Positions 7,910-17,777 of a stretch of 24,000 nucleotides of DNA are shown here, piece by piece (within the stretch, counting starts at the first letter, position 1; each line of letters begins with the position of its first letter). The DNA is from Eubacteriales bacterium mix99 (lineage in GTDB: Bacteria; Bacillota; Clostridia; Caldicoprobacterales; DTU083), in contig CP121690.1 of NCBI GenBank assembly GCA_038396605.1, positions 2,484,356 to 2,508,355 of the forward strand, given 5' to 3'. Made by a program: the position numbers and the translations under genes. Under the pieces are notes generated by a model. The model did not search any database. It worked only from the letters and a program-made list of their open reading frames with translations, and was not told the origin of the DNA.

Positions 7910-9119
7910 ATATGTAAGGATTCTTCTGGCAAGGGATCCCTTGCTGCGTCAGGTAAGGGTAAGAGGAGAGATTTCCAATTGCAGGTATCCTTCTTCCGGT
8001 CATATCTATTTTACATTAAAGGATGACCAGGACAGGATACGATGCGTACTGTTCCGCCAAAACGCCATTCATCTGAATTTCATGCCGGCGGACGGTATGC
8101 GGATTGTTGCAGAAGGGACGGTTTCCCTGTACAGCAGGGACGGACAGTATCAGCTTTATGTGGAGGAAATGGAACGGGAGGGCCTGGGAGATCTTCATCT
8201 TGCCTTTGAGGCAATGAAAAACAGACTTCAGAAGGAAGGATTGTTTGACCCTGCAGGGAAAAAGCCTCTTCCCCTGATGCCGAAGAAAATTGCAGTCATC
8301 ACTTCCCATACGGGAGCGGCTGTACGGGATATCCTCCGTGTTCTGCGGCACCGGAGCCGAACGGTGGATATCCTGATTCTTCCCGTTGCCGTTCAGGGAG
8401 CAAAAGCAGGCGGGCAGATTGCCAGCGCCATTGCCTATGCAAATACCAGGAAGGATATTGATCTGATCATTACCGGACGAGGGGGAGGTTCCATAGAAGA
8501 ATTGTGGGCCTTCAACGAGGAAGAGGTGGCCCGGGCCATCTTTCACTCGGAACTACCAGTTATTTCTGCTGTTGGACATGAAACGGACTTTACCATATCG
8601 GATTTTGTGGCGGATGTACGGGCAGCCACCCCATCAAATGCTGCGGAGATGGCTGTATCGGAAACATCCCGCCTTCTTTCTGTAACGGAAGGACTGAAAA
8701 AGCGTCTGATCGATGCCATGACGCGCCTTCTGTTGAATAAGCGGCATCAGCTGGATATGCTGAGAAGCCATTATGTATTCCGAACACCACGGATGCTCCT
8801 GGACCGGCAGAGCCAGCATGTGGACCTGCTGTCGCAAAGACTGACGGCTGCTATGCAATCCGATTTGCATGGAAAGAAGGAGGAGATGGGTAAAATTGTG
8901 TCTTCCCTGAATGCCTTGAGTCCGTTGAATGTGCTGTCCAGAGGATATGCCGCGGTGCTTCCGGAAAAGGGGACGGTACCGTTCCGTTCTGTCCGGGAGG
9001 TAAAGGTTCCGGATCGGTTGAAACTTCTTATGCGGGACGGCAGGATTTTTGTTACGGTGGAGGAGATACGACCGGATAAAGGCGAGCCATGGACTTCAGG
9101 GCAGAGCAGGAAGGGGTAA
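7872..9119 (+). CDS. xseA: Exodeoxyribonuclease VII large subunit
   Basis: AGGAGG (7861-7866) precedes ATG 7872. 'LSVHQLNEYVRILL...VRGEISNCRYPSSGHIYFTLKD' is the OB-fold N-terminus, and 'GRGGGSIEELWAFNEE' and 'ISAVGHETDFTISDFVAD' are also present. The track's 7665 start is an out-of-context extension. Confidence 0.9.
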   Translation: MSHVILSVHQLNEYVRILLARDPLLRQVRVRGEISNCRYPSSGHIYFTLKDDQDRIRCVLFRQNAIHLNFMPADGMRIVAEGTVSLYSRDGQYQLYVEEMEREGLGDLHLAFEAMKNRLQKEGLFDPAGKKPLPLMPKKIAVITSHTGAAVRDILRVLRHRSRTVDILILPVAVQGAKAGGQIASAIAYANTRKDIDLIITGRGGGSIEELWAFNEEEVARAIFHSELPVISAVGHETDFTISDFVADVRAATPSNAAEMAVSETSRLLSVTEGLKKRLIDAMTRLLLNKRHQLDMLRSHYVFRTPRMLLDRQSQHVDLLSQRLTAAMQSDLHGKKEEMGKIVSSLNALSPLNVLSRGYAAVLPEKGTVPFRSVREVKVPDRLKLLMRDGRIFVTVEEIRPDKGEPWTSGQSRKG

Positions 9120-9131
9120 AGCAACGATATT

Positions 9132-9398
9132 ATGGAAAAAGAGGAGAAAGAGAAGCAAACCATTTCTTTTGAAGAAGCGGTAAAGGAATTGGAGTCCGTC
9201 GTAAATACACTGGAAGCCGGTGAGGTTTCCCTGGAAGAGTCCCTGAAGCTGTTTCAGAGAGGCATTTTCCTGACAAATCTTTGCAATAAAAAGCTGACGG
9301 AAGCAGAAGGCGTTGTAAAAATTTTGTACCGTGAGGATACCGGGGAGCTGCGGGAAATGCCTTTCGGGGAAGAGGAAGAAAAGGAGCTGGGGGAATAA
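9132..9398 (+). CDS. xseB: Exodeoxyribonuclease VII small subunit
   Basis: 88 aa. 'SFEEAVKELESVVNTLEAGEVSLEESLKLFQRG' is the typical XseB helix-hairpin. It lies directly after xseA. Confidence 0.9.
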   Translation: MEKEEKEKQTISFEEAVKELESVVNTLEAGEVSLEESLKLFQRGIFLTNLCNKKLTEAEGVVKILYREDTGELREMPFGEEEEKELGE

Positions 9399-10315
9399 TG
9401 GACTTTCAGAGCGTTTATCGTCAAAAGGTACAGTCTGTCAACCTTGCCCTGGAGCAATTGCTGAAGGAATACCGGGATTGTCCGCCGGCCATTCATAACG
9501 CAATGAAATACAGCCTGATGGCAGGCGGAAAACGATTGCGTCCTGTTTTATTCCTGGAAGCCTATGAGCTGACATGCCGATATCAACATAAGGAGCCGGA
9601 AACGGCTTTGGTAGAGCCTATGGCATGTGCGTTGGAAATGATTCATACCTATTCTCTGATCCATGACGATTTACCGGCTATGGATAACGACGATTACCGA
9701 AGGGGAAAGCGGACCAATCACAAGGTTTTTGGCGAAGCAATGGCCATTTTGGCAGGAGACGGCCTTCTGAATCTTGCCTACGAAGTGATGCTGGATCATA
9801 TGCCAAAAGACGGAATAAAACACCCCGGTTATCCGAAAGCCATGTCCGTCCTTGCCCATTCTGCAGGTATTTTCGGCATGATCGGGGGTCAGGTTGTCGA
9901 TATGCAAAGTGAGAATATGGATTGCAACCGGTCGGACGACACCTTACTGGATTATATCCATACCCATAAAACGGAGGCCTTAATTACCGGCTCCCTGAAA
10001 GCCGGTGCTTTGGCTGCGGATGGGGATGAATTTGTGACTAATACGGTTGTCGCTTATGGAAAGGCCTATGGAATGGCGTTTCAGATTACGGACGATATTC
10101 TGGATGTGACTGGGGATCCGTCGGTTTTGGGCAAGCTTCCCGGCAGCGATGAAAAGCAGGGAAAACTGACTTATCCGGCCCGATTCGGTCTTGAACTCTC
10201 CGGGGAAATGGCAAAGAAGTATGTGGAGCAGGCGGTCTCCACGATGAATGGGTTCGGATCCGAAGGGGAATTTTTAAGACAACTTGCCTTTTCCGTCCGG
10301 AACAGGAATCAATAA
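9398..10315 (+). CDS. ispA: (2E,6E)-farnesyl/geranylgeranyl diphosphate synthase (short-chain trans-prenyl diphosphate synthase)
   Basis: The start overlaps the xseB stop (TAATG). The first Asp-rich motif is 'LIHDDLPAMDNDDYRRGK' and the second is 'FQITDDILD'. Confidence 0.9.
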   Translation: MDFQSVYRQKVQSVNLALEQLLKEYRDCPPAIHNAMKYSLMAGGKRLRPVLFLEAYELTCRYQHKEPETALVEPMACALEMIHTYSLIHDDLPAMDNDDYRRGKRTNHKVFGEAMAILAGDGLLNLAYEVMLDHMPKDGIKHPGYPKAMSVLAHSAGIFGMIGGQVVDMQSENMDCNRSDDTLLDYIHTHKTEALITGSLKAGALAADGDEFVTNTVVAYGKAYGMAFQITDDILDVTGDPSVLGKLPGSDEKQGKLTYPARFGLELSGEMAKKYVEQAVSTMNGFGSEGEFLRQLAFSVRNRNQ

Positions 10316-10372
10316 GGGAATCCTTTGGAGCCGTAGCAGGGTACAGCTGGAAAGCATGGGCAACAGGCGTTC

Positions 10373-10401
10373 TTGTCGATGACTGTGTTTCATGATATAA
10401 T
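10373..10401 (+). promoter_or_regulatory. Candidate sigma-A promoter for dxs: -35 TTGTCG, 17-nt spacer, extended -10 TGaTATAAT
   Basis: TTGTCG at 10373-10378. TG at 10393-10394. TATAAT at 10396-10401. It lies in the 170-nt ispA-dxs gap. Confidence 0.55.
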
Positions 10402-10485
10402 TTGAGTGATACGTCGAAAAAGACGGATGCTGCGACAATCCAGGAGCTCAGGTTGGCAAGGCTCGGAAAGAAAGAGGAATCAACA

Positions 10486-12390
10486 ATGGCACTGCTGGAG
10501 CAAATAAACGATCCGAGGGATTTAAAAGCCCTGAGTCCGAAACAACTGATCCTTCTTGCGAAAGAGATCCGACAGTTTGTTCTGGAGCATGTAGCAACCA
10601 CCGGGGGGCATTTGGCATCCAATCTTGGAGTCGTGGAGCTTACCATAGCTCTGCATTATGTGTACAACAGCCCCATTGATAAAATCGTCTGGGATGTCGG
10701 CCATCAATGCTATGTACACAAAATTCTGACATCCCGCAGGGATCAGTTTTTCACTCTTCGCCAAAAAGGCGGACTAAGTGGGTTTCCTAAAAGATCGGAA
10801 AGCGTTCATGACATTTTTGAAACCGGCCACAGCAGCACTTCACTGTCTGCTGCTTTGGGAATCGCAAGGGCACGGGATATGAAAGGGGAGGATTATCATG
10901 TTCTGGCAGTCATAGGGGATGGCGCCCTGACGGGCGGTATGGCCTATGAAGCCCTGAACGATGCCGGCCACCAGGATACGAATCTTACCGTCATTCTGAA
11001 CGACAATGAAATGTCCATTGCCCCGAATGTCGGGGCAATGGCGGCCTATTTATCCAAAATCCGATCCAGTCCGCACTATAAGAATATGAAAAGGAGAGTG
11101 GATAAGGCTTTGCGAAGCCTGCCGGTCGGCGGGGATTGGCTTGCAGATAAGGTGGAAAAGTTAAAGAACAGCTTCAAATATCTCTTGGTATCGGGTGTCC
11201 TGTTTGAAGAACTGGGATATACCTATATCGGGCCGGTGGATGGTCATGATCTTCCGCTGCTGATCAGCATTCTGAACCGTGCCAAGCAGACTCAGGGACC
11301 AACACTGATTCATGTTGTCACGAAAAAGGGGAAGGGTTATTCGTTTTCGGAAGCCAATCCAGCCCGTTATCATGGAGTTTCTCCCTTTGATATCCGTCGG
11401 GGGTGCGTGTCGCGTCCAGGTCCATACAAAAGCTATTCCGTGGTTTTGGGTCAGCATCTGACAAAGTTGGCACAGAAAGATCCTTCCATTGTCGCCATTA
11501 CGGCTGCCATGCCGGATGGAACCGGTTTGATCCCTTTTCAGAAACAGTTTCCGGACCGCTTTTTTGATGTGGGGATCGCAGAGCAGCATGCCGTTACATT
11601 TGCAGCAGGGCTGGCGATAAACGGGATGAAGCCGGTGGTGGCGATTTATTCCTCGTTTCTGCAGAGGGCATACGATCAAATACTGCATGATGTTTGCCGT
11701 CAGAATCTGCCGGTAATACTTGCCATTGACCATGCAGGACTGGTTGGAGAAGACGGGGACACGCATCAGGGAGTGTTTGATCTCAGTTACTTGCGGCACA
11801 TTCCAAATTTGACCATTCTGGCTCCGAAAAATACTTCAGAACTTCGATATATGCTGGATTATTCCCTTCAGCAGAACCGTCCGATTGCGATCCGATATCC
11901 AAAAGGTTACAGCAAAGTAACAGAAAAGCTGCCGAGTTTTCCGCTGACGGACTTATCATGGGAGATTCTGGAGAATGGCAGGGACCTTGTCTTGCTGGCA
12001 GTGGGATCCATGGTGGAAACGGCTTTGCTGGCAGCAAAAATTCTGAAAGGGCAGGGAATCCATCCTGCGGTGGTCAATGCACGAACAGTGAAACCCCTGG
12101 ATCAGGAAATGATGAACCGTTTCCTGCAGGATCGATGTCAGCTATGGGTTACATTGGAAGACAATGTGACAGAAGGGGGATTTGGAAGCAGCATAGATGA
12201 ATATGTCATGGGATACGAAGCCAGGGTAAAGGTAGTCAACATGGGGATACCCGATCGTTTTATTGCCCATGGCTCCGTAAGCGAACTGCGGAAAGATCTC
12301 AAACTGGATCCGGCCGGTATTGCAGTCCGGATTTGTTCTGTTCTTGGGAGGGAAATGACTTGTGAGAAGTCCTCGGAAAGAGCGTATTGA
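10486..12390 (+). CDS. dxs: 1-deoxy-D-xylulose-5-phosphate synthase
   Basis: ATG 10486 follows AAAGAGGA. 'LLEQINDPRDLK' is a typical Dxs N-terminus. 'GHQCYVHKILT' and the TPP-binding 'GDGALTGGMAYEALN' are present. The track's TTG 10402 start would begin right at the predicted -10 element. Confidence 0.95.
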   Translation: MALLEQINDPRDLKALSPKQLILLAKEIRQFVLEHVATTGGHLASNLGVVELTIALHYVYNSPIDKIVWDVGHQCYVHKILTSRRDQFFTLRQKGGLSGFPKRSESVHDIFETGHSSTSLSAALGIARARDMKGEDYHVLAVIGDGALTGGMAYEALNDAGHQDTNLTVILNDNEMSIAPNVGAMAAYLSKIRSSPHYKNMKRRVDKALRSLPVGGDWLADKVEKLKNSFKYLLVSGVLFEELGYTYIGPVDGHDLPLLISILNRAKQTQGPTLIHVVTKKGKGYSFSEANPARYHGVSPFDIRRGCVSRPGPYKSYSVVLGQHLTKLAQKDPSIVAITAAMPDGTGLIPFQKQFPDRFFDVGIAEQHAVTFAAGLAINGMKPVVAIYSSFLQRAYDQILHDVCRQNLPVILAIDHAGLVGEDGDTHQGVFDLSYLRHIPNLTILAPKNTSELRYMLDYSLQQNRPIAIRYPKGYSKVTEKLPSFPLTDLSWEILENGRDLVLLAVGSMVETALLAAKILKGQGIHPAVVNARTVKPLDQEMMNRFLQDRCQLWVTLEDNVTEGGFGSSIDEYVMGYEARVKVVNMGIPDRFIAHGSVSELRKDLKLDPAGIAVRICSVLGREMTCEKSSERAY

Positions 12391-13195
12391 TGTCCTCATG
12401 GTACAAAAAGGGCTTTCTGACAACAGAGAAAAAGCGAAAAGGATTCTGATGTCCGGACTGGTCTTTGTCAATCAGCAGAGAGTGGACAAGCCGGGTACGC
12501 TTGTTCCTGTCATGGGAAATATTGAAGTCCGGGCAAAGAACCCTTTTGTCAGTCGCGGCGGACGGAAGCTGGAGAAGGCGTTGGACCGGTTTCCGGTATC
12601 GGTATGCGGACGCAATTGGCTGGATATCGGTGCCTCGACCGGAGGCTTCACCGATTGTCTCCTGAAGCATGGCGCCGCAAAGGTGTATTCCATAGATGTC
12701 GGATATGGACAGCTGGCATGGAGACTGCGTCAGGATTCCAGGGTTGTGGTGATGGAACGAACGAATATACGGAATGTAAAAAAGGAGGATCTGAATTCTC
12801 CTGTGAACGGTGCAGCCATAGATGTATCTTTTATTTCGTTGAAGCTTGTCCTTCCTGTGGTCTCCCGGCTTCTGACGGAGGATAGCCCTGTCCTGTCCCT
12901 GATCAAGCCTCAGTTCGAGGTGGAGAGAGATGAGGTGGGAGAAAAGGGAGTTGTTCGGGAGGCCGGTCTGCACAGAAGGGTTGTGGAAGAGATATTGGAG
13001 TTTGCACAGGATATGGGATGGAAGATTCAGGATCTGGACTTTTCTCCCATAACCGGGCCGAAAGGCAATATAGAATTTCTGGCATATTTTAGGAAAGGTG
13101 GAGGGGACGGATTGCGTTTGGAGGACAGGGAAATATTAGTGAATAAGACCGTTCAGACAGCCCATGATACTTTTGATAAGCGGGTGACAAAATGA
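12362..13195 (+). CDS. tlyA: TlyA-family 16S/23S rRNA (cytidine-2'-O)-methyltransferase (S4 domain + FtsJ-like methyltransferase)
   Basis: GTG 12362 follows the GGGAGGG RBS and overlaps the dxs 3' end. 'KERIDVLMVQKGL' is the S4 N-terminus and 'DIGASTGGFTDCLLKHGAAKVYSIDVGYGQLAW' is the SAM-binding motif. Confidence 0.85.
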   Translation: MRSPRKERIDVLMVQKGLSDNREKAKRILMSGLVFVNQQRVDKPGTLVPVMGNIEVRAKNPFVSRGGRKLEKALDRFPVSVCGRNWLDIGASTGGFTDCLLKHGAAKVYSIDVGYGQLAWRLRQDSRVVVMERTNIRNVKKEDLNSPVNGAAIDVSFISLKLVLPVVSRLLTEDSPVLSLIKPQFEVERDEVGEKGVVREAGLHRRVVEEILEFAQDMGWKIQDLDFSPITGPKGNIEFLAYFRKGGGDGLRLEDREILVNKTVQTAHDTFDKRVTK

Positions 13196-14046
13196 TACAG
13201 GTCGGTATCATATCCAACTTATGTAAGGATATCGGCGGAAAAAATGCCGGAAAAATCATACGGTGTATGAAGGGACGGAATATGAACCCCCTGGTTTCCA
13301 TACCGGTTTATCAGCTCTTGAACGTCGGCACTCCCCTGGAGGAAAAGAAATTGTACCAACAGTCTGATTTGATCCTGGTACTGGGCGGGGACGGCACGAT
13401 TTTACGGGCGGCCAGGCCGGCAGCAATCTATGGAAAGCCTATTCTGGGCATGAATCTCGGCCAGCTTGGTTTTATGGCTGAGGCGGAAATGGCGGATTGC
13501 GAATCCATCCTGGATGCTTTGTCTTCCGGTTCGTATCACATTGAAAAACGAATGATGCTGGATGCGGAAGTCCTGCGGGACGGGAAGGCCATGGGCCGGT
13601 CTGTTGCGTTGAATGATATGGCAGTGGCAAAAAGCGCTTTTGCTCGTATGATTCATCTGGAAGTTCAGATCAATGGAGAATTTGTCAACCATTATGCAGC
13701 AGATGGTCTTTTGATATCCAGCCCTACCGGATCCACAGCTTATTCCCTTTCTGCAGGCGGACCAGTCATCCAACCGGACATGGAATGTCTTCTGGTTACC
13801 CCGATTTGCCCCCACACATTGAACTCCAGACCGATTGTAACCAATCCCTGTGCGGAGGTTGAAGTGGAAGTCCAGGATAAAGACAGGAATATGCAGCTGA
13901 CGGCAGACGGCCAGGAAACGGTGGACCTTCAGGACGGAGATCGGATCCGGATCCATAAATCCAATCGGATCACCCAATTGATATGTCTTCCCGGATCTGG
14001 CTTCTTTCACCTGCTCCGCAGTAAATTATCCGTCCGAACAGATTAA
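13192..14046 (+). CDS. nadK: NAD+ kinase
   Basis: ATGA overlap with the tlyA stop. 'LGGDGTILRAAR', 'NDMAV' and 'DGLLISSPTGSTAYSLSAGGP' motifs are present. Confidence 0.9.
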   Translation: MIQVGIISNLCKDIGGKNAGKIIRCMKGRNMNPLVSIPVYQLLNVGTPLEEKKLYQQSDLILVLGGDGTILRAARPAAIYGKPILGMNLGQLGFMAEAEMADCESILDALSSGSYHIEKRMMLDAEVLRDGKAMGRSVALNDMAVAKSAFARMIHLEVQINGEFVNHYAADGLLISSPTGSTAYSLSAGGPVIQPDMECLLVTPICPHTLNSRPIVTNPCAEVEVEVQDKDRNMQLTADGQETVDLQDGDRIRIHKSNRITQLICLPGSGFFHLLRSKLSVRTD

Positions 14047-14067
14047 GATGGGAGAGTGACCGGTACA

Positions 14068-14538
14068 ATGAAGTATGACAGACATTCCCTGATATTGAAA
14101 ATCATTGAGGAGAAGGACATTGAGACGCAGGAGGAACTGGCAGAGGAACTCCGGAGATATGGAATGGATGTGACGCAGGCTACGGTATCCAGGGACATCA
14201 AGGAATTACGGCTGGCGAAGGTACTGGGCAAATCCGGCATTTATAAATATGCCGCTCTGGAGCAGTCCGAATCCGATCTGTCCGACCGCTTGATCCGGGT
14301 ATTTTCGGAATCGGTGATATCAATGGAGCATACTGACAATCTGATTGTCATCAAAACAATCGTTGCAGGAGCACAGGCTGCCGCATCTGCCATTGATGCC
14401 ATGAACTGGCCGGAGATTATAGGCTGTATTGCGGGGGATGACACCATACTTGTTATCCTGAGGAGTGGTTCCATTGTCGGCGATGTTCTGAAACGCTTTT
14501 CCAGACTGATGCATCCGTCATCCGGAAACAAGTCATAA
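14068..14538 (+). CDS. argR: Arginine repressor ArgR/AhrC
   Basis: 'MKYDRHSLILKIIEEKDIETQEELAEELRRYGMDVTQATVSRDIKELRL' is the winged-helix N-terminus, and the C-terminus has 'GCIAGDDTILVI'. GTG 14056 is an alternative start. Confidence 0.9.
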   Translation: MKYDRHSLILKIIEEKDIETQEELAEELRRYGMDVTQATVSRDIKELRLAKVLGKSGIYKYAALEQSESDLSDRLIRVFSESVISMEHTDNLIVIKTIVAGAQAAASAIDAMNWPEIIGCIAGDDTILVILRSGSIVGDVLKRFSRLMHPSSGNKS

Positions 14539-14615
14539 GACCATATGGATGCAGTTCGGGCAGCCTGTGACGGAAATATCACGAGGCACTGTTGTCATGG
14601 ATTAAGGGGGATAAC

Positions 14616-16316
14616 ATGATTCATGAAATTTCAATCAGAAATATTGCCCTGATTGACGATCTGACGATTTCCTTTGAGAAGGGGTTCAATGTATTGACGG
14701 GGGAAACCGGTGCCGGAAAATCCATCCTCATAGATTCCGTAAATCTTGCCCTGGGAGAGAGGGCAGACAGGGAGCTGATTCAGACCGGAAAAGATCATGC
14801 CAGGGTGGAATTGCTGTTTTCCATGGTAACCGGAAAAGTCAATGAGATTTTGAAGAGCTACGGGATTGAACCGGAATCCGACGGAACTCTGCTTTTAATG
14901 AGGGAACTGACCGTTCAGGGGAGAAACATCTGCCGGATCAATGGACACTCCGTTACCCTTTCCATGCTTCGCAACGTCAGCAGGCATTTGGTGGATGTCC
15001 ATGGGCAGCATCAGCATCAATCCCTGCTTTCTGCAGAATCCCACATTGATTACCTGGATCGGCTGGGTGGTGACGAGTTGAAATCCCAAAAAGAGGGCTT
15101 CCAAAAAACCTGGCAGTCCTGGAAGTCGATTCAGAAGGAAATCAACAAAATAATCAACCGGAACAAGGACGGGGAAACCCGAAAGGATTTTTTGAAGTAT
15201 CAGATTGATGAGATTGAACAGGCCAGTCTGAAGCCGGGTGAGGAAGAGGAACTGCGGAAAGAACGGGAAGTTCTGATTCATGCAGAAAAAATCATTCATG
15301 CGGTAACCGACGCCTATGGGCAGCTTTATTCCGGGACAAATGTGACACCATCGATTACGGACCAGTTGGGGAAAGTCCTTGATCAGCTGCATACCGTGGA
15401 ATCTTTCGATGAATCTTTGGAGCCTGTTCTGCATTCATTGGAAAATATACAGTACTCTCTTGAAGATGCCATACTGAACCTGAGAGCCTATAAAGAACGT
15501 TTTGAATTTGATCCTCTCCGACTGGAGAATATCGAAACCCGACTGGAAGAAATTCAGGCTGTCAAAAGGAAATATCGTGGTACGGCAGAAGAGGTGCTGG
15601 AGCGGAAAAAGCAGATGGAATCTGAACTGGAGGAAATTGAAAAAAGTCAGGGACGACTGGAATCCCTGCAGGAGAAATATCAATCCACTTATCAAACCGT
15701 ACTTGCAAAATGCCGGCAGATTTCCCACACCCGTAAGCGATGTGCGAAGTTTCTTGAGAGCGGGCTGGCCAGGCAACTGGCAGACCTGAATATGGAGAAA
15801 ACACAGTTTCGGGTTTCTTTTATGACACCGGATGCAGCCGATATCACGGAAAACGGCTACGATAAGGTGGAATTTCAGATTTCAACAAATCCGGGAGAAC
15901 CTCTGAAGCCATTGGCGAAGATTGTATCAGGAGGGGAGATGTCCCGCGTGATGCTGGCATTCAAAACGATACTGGGCAATCTGGATGAAATCCCGACCAT
16001 GATTTTTGACGAAATTGATGTGGGCATCGGCGGCAGAACCGCACAAAGTGTAGCAGAAAAGATCCGTGCCATTTCAAAAAACCGACAGGTAATCTGCGTG
16101 ACGCATCTGCCTCAGATTGCTTCCATGGCAGATGGACATTATGCCATTGAGAAAAAATTTACAGGCAATCATACCCGCACTTTGGTTTCCAAACTGGGGC
16201 CGGAAGAACGAAAAAAGGAAATTGCCAGAATGATTGGAGGGTCTTCCCTGACACCATTAAGTCTCCGGCATGCCGGCGAACTGATTGCATCGGCGTCGCA
16301 GCATAAAAATTCCTGA
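14616..16316 (+). CDS. recN: DNA repair protein RecN (SMC-like ATPase)
   Basis: AAGGGGG RBS precedes ATG 14616. 'IRNIALIDDLTISFEKGFNVLTGETGAGKSI' is Walker A, 'SGGEMSRVMLA' is the signature motif, and 'MIFDEIDVGIGG' is Walker B. Confidence 0.95.
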   Translation: MIHEISIRNIALIDDLTISFEKGFNVLTGETGAGKSILIDSVNLALGERADRELIQTGKDHARVELLFSMVTGKVNEILKSYGIEPESDGTLLLMRELTVQGRNICRINGHSVTLSMLRNVSRHLVDVHGQHQHQSLLSAESHIDYLDRLGGDELKSQKEGFQKTWQSWKSIQKEINKIINRNKDGETRKDFLKYQIDEIEQASLKPGEEEELRKEREVLIHAEKIIHAVTDAYGQLYSGTNVTPSITDQLGKVLDQLHTVESFDESLEPVLHSLENIQYSLEDAILNLRAYKERFEFDPLRLENIETRLEEIQAVKRKYRGTAEEVLERKKQMESELEEIEKSQGRLESLQEKYQSTYQTVLAKCRQISHTRKRCAKFLESGLARQLADLNMEKTQFRVSFMTPDAADITENGYDKVEFQISTNPGEPLKPLAKIVSGGEMSRVMLAFKTILGNLDEIPTMIFDEIDVGIGGRTAQSVAEKIRAISKNRQVICVTHLPQIASMADGHYAIEKKFTGNHTRTLVSKLGPEERKKEIARMIGGSSLTPLSLRHAGELIASASQHKNS

Positions 16317-16359
16317 AAACGGATATCCCTTTTTTTCTAGTTTATGCGATACCTTCCCT

Positions 16360-16388
16360 GTATAAATCATTTTTGAAAGGTTAACTTA
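16360..16388 (+). promoter_or_regulatory. Weak candidate forespore (sigma-F/G-type) promoter upstream of spoIVB: GTATA-N14-GGTTAACTTA
   Basis: This is only a partial match to the B. subtilis sigma-F pattern as I recall it (GYATA, spacer of about 15, GGnnAnAHTR). The spacer is 1 nt short and there is one mismatch in the -10. The call is motivated by the known forespore expression of spoIVB. Confidence 0.2.
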
Positions 16389-16440
16389 AGATCATGCCCG
16401 GCAACTATGGACAAAAAATGATTTTGCAGGAGCGTGGAGG

Positions 16441-17739
16441 ATGAGAAAGGGAATCATCAAAAAAATAGCGGGAGTTTTATTGGCAGCATTCTTCCTGGCC
16501 TTTAATTACTCCTCTTATGTTCAGAATATTGTTAAGTTTCCGACCGAACTGGAGATCTTTGAAGGGGATACCCAGACATTGAATTTTCGCCTGCCATTGC
16601 AGGTAAAGATCCGAAGCAGGGACAAAAATGTACTGAAGCTCAACGGGGATTCCCTGAAGGATCAACAATACTGCCAGGTAAATCAGCCGTTGGCGATTCA
16701 ACCGGTAAAGCAGGGATATGTCAATCTGGATTTCAGATTATTTGGTGTGATCCCGATCAAACAGCTCAAAATAAACGTTACATCCCAAAAAGCCCTCATA
16801 CCGGGCGGCAATTCCATCGGGGTGTCTTTGTATACAAACGGGGCATTGATTGTCGGCACATCGGAAGTGACAGATGCTGATGGAGTCACCCATTTTCCGG
16901 CCATGGATGCCGGCCTTCTGCCGGGCGATGTCATCGAGAAGATTAATAGCGTCACGGTAAAGGATGCCAACCATTTATCCAGGCTTGTAAATAAAGTCAG
17001 GGGCATCGCAGTGGATCTGGAATGTAAACGGGACAACCGGATTTTTGTTACACAAATCCATCCGGTAAAGGATGCAACCGACTCAAAATACCGTCTTGGA
17101 ATATGGGTGCGGGACAGTACCGCAGGAGTCGGAACCCTGACTTTTGTCGATCCCGTGACAAAGCATATGGGCGCTTTGGGACATGCCATTACGGACGTGG
17201 ACACGGGTTCCCAGCTTTCTGTCAGAAATGGGGAGATTACCGAATCCGGAATTATTGATGTTAAAATCGGTAAAAAGGGGCTTCCTGGTGAATTGGTGGG
17301 AAATTTTACAGGTAAAAGGAAATCATTGGGCACAATTATAAAAAATACTTCCTATGGGATATACGGTAAGGCTTCCGGAAAGATCACCAATCCGATTTAC
17401 AAGGATCCGTTGTCCATTGCCCATCAGTATAATATCAAGCCGGGTAAGGCGTCCATCCTGACAACTATAGATGATCAGGGGATTCAGGAATACGATGTGC
17501 AGATTCTCAAGGTAAACCGACAGACCTCTCCGGGGCCCAAAGGCCTGGTCCTGGAAATTACCGATCCCAGGCTGTTGGAAAAAACAGGAGGAATTGTTCA
17601 GGGTATGAGCGGAAGCCCGATTATACAGGATGGAAAACTGGTGGGAGCCGTCACCCATGTATTCGTCAATGACCCGAAAAAGGGATACGGGATTTTCATC
17701 GAATGGATGCTGGAGGAATCGAATAAGATCATCGAATAG
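16441..17739 (+). CDS. spoIVB: SpoIVB peptidase (S55 signalling serine protease with a PDZ domain)
   Basis: 432 aa. N-terminal TM, PDZ-like 'GLLPGDVIEKINSVTVKD', catalytic His context 'GALGHAITD' and catalytic Ser context 'GMSGSPI'. AGGAG lies 8 nt upstream. Confidence 0.9.
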   Translation: MRKGIIKKIAGVLLAAFFLAFNYSSYVQNIVKFPTELEIFEGDTQTLNFRLPLQVKIRSRDKNVLKLNGDSLKDQQYCQVNQPLAIQPVKQGYVNLDFRLFGVIPIKQLKINVTSQKALIPGGNSIGVSLYTNGALIVGTSEVTDADGVTHFPAMDAGLLPGDVIEKINSVTVKDANHLSRLVNKVRGIAVDLECKRDNRIFVTQIHPVKDATDSKYRLGIWVRDSTAGVGTLTFVDPVTKHMGALGHAITDVDTGSQLSVRNGEITESGIIDVKIGKKGLPGELVGNFTGKRKSLGTIIKNTSYGIYGKASGKITNPIYKDPLSIAHQYNIKPGKASILTTIDDQGIQEYDVQILKVNRQTSPGPKGLVLEITDPRLLEKTGGIVQGMSGSPIIQDGKLVGAVTHVFVNDPKKGYGIFIEWMLEESNKIIE

Positions 17740-17777
17740 CGGACTTTTGTGTTTTAGAGGAATTTTCCAGAGAGGGA

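Noticed and set aside
10402-10485. A TPP riboswitch or other structured leader upstream of dxs.
   Set aside because: I could not find the conserved THI-box-like elements or any long helices by eye. This needs a covariance-model scan before anything is claimed.
7034-14010. Other long minus-strand ORFs from the track: 7034-7666, 8016-8546, 10086-10646, 11161-11799, 12299-12973 and 13402-14010. The track ORFs 14895-15434, 16698-17333 and 21980-22627 lie outside this span but belong to the same group.
   Set aside because: Each is fully antisense to a + strand gene with unambiguous conserved motifs (xseA, dxs, tlyA, nadK, recN, spoIVB and the PNPT-like gene). None shows domain-like sequence.
16317-16340. 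A possible terminator after recN (GGATATCC followed by CTTTTTTTC).
   Set aside because: The palindrome is only 8 nt and leaves no room for a loop, so it cannot form a stable hairpin. Only the T-run is convincing, so I do not call it as a terminator.
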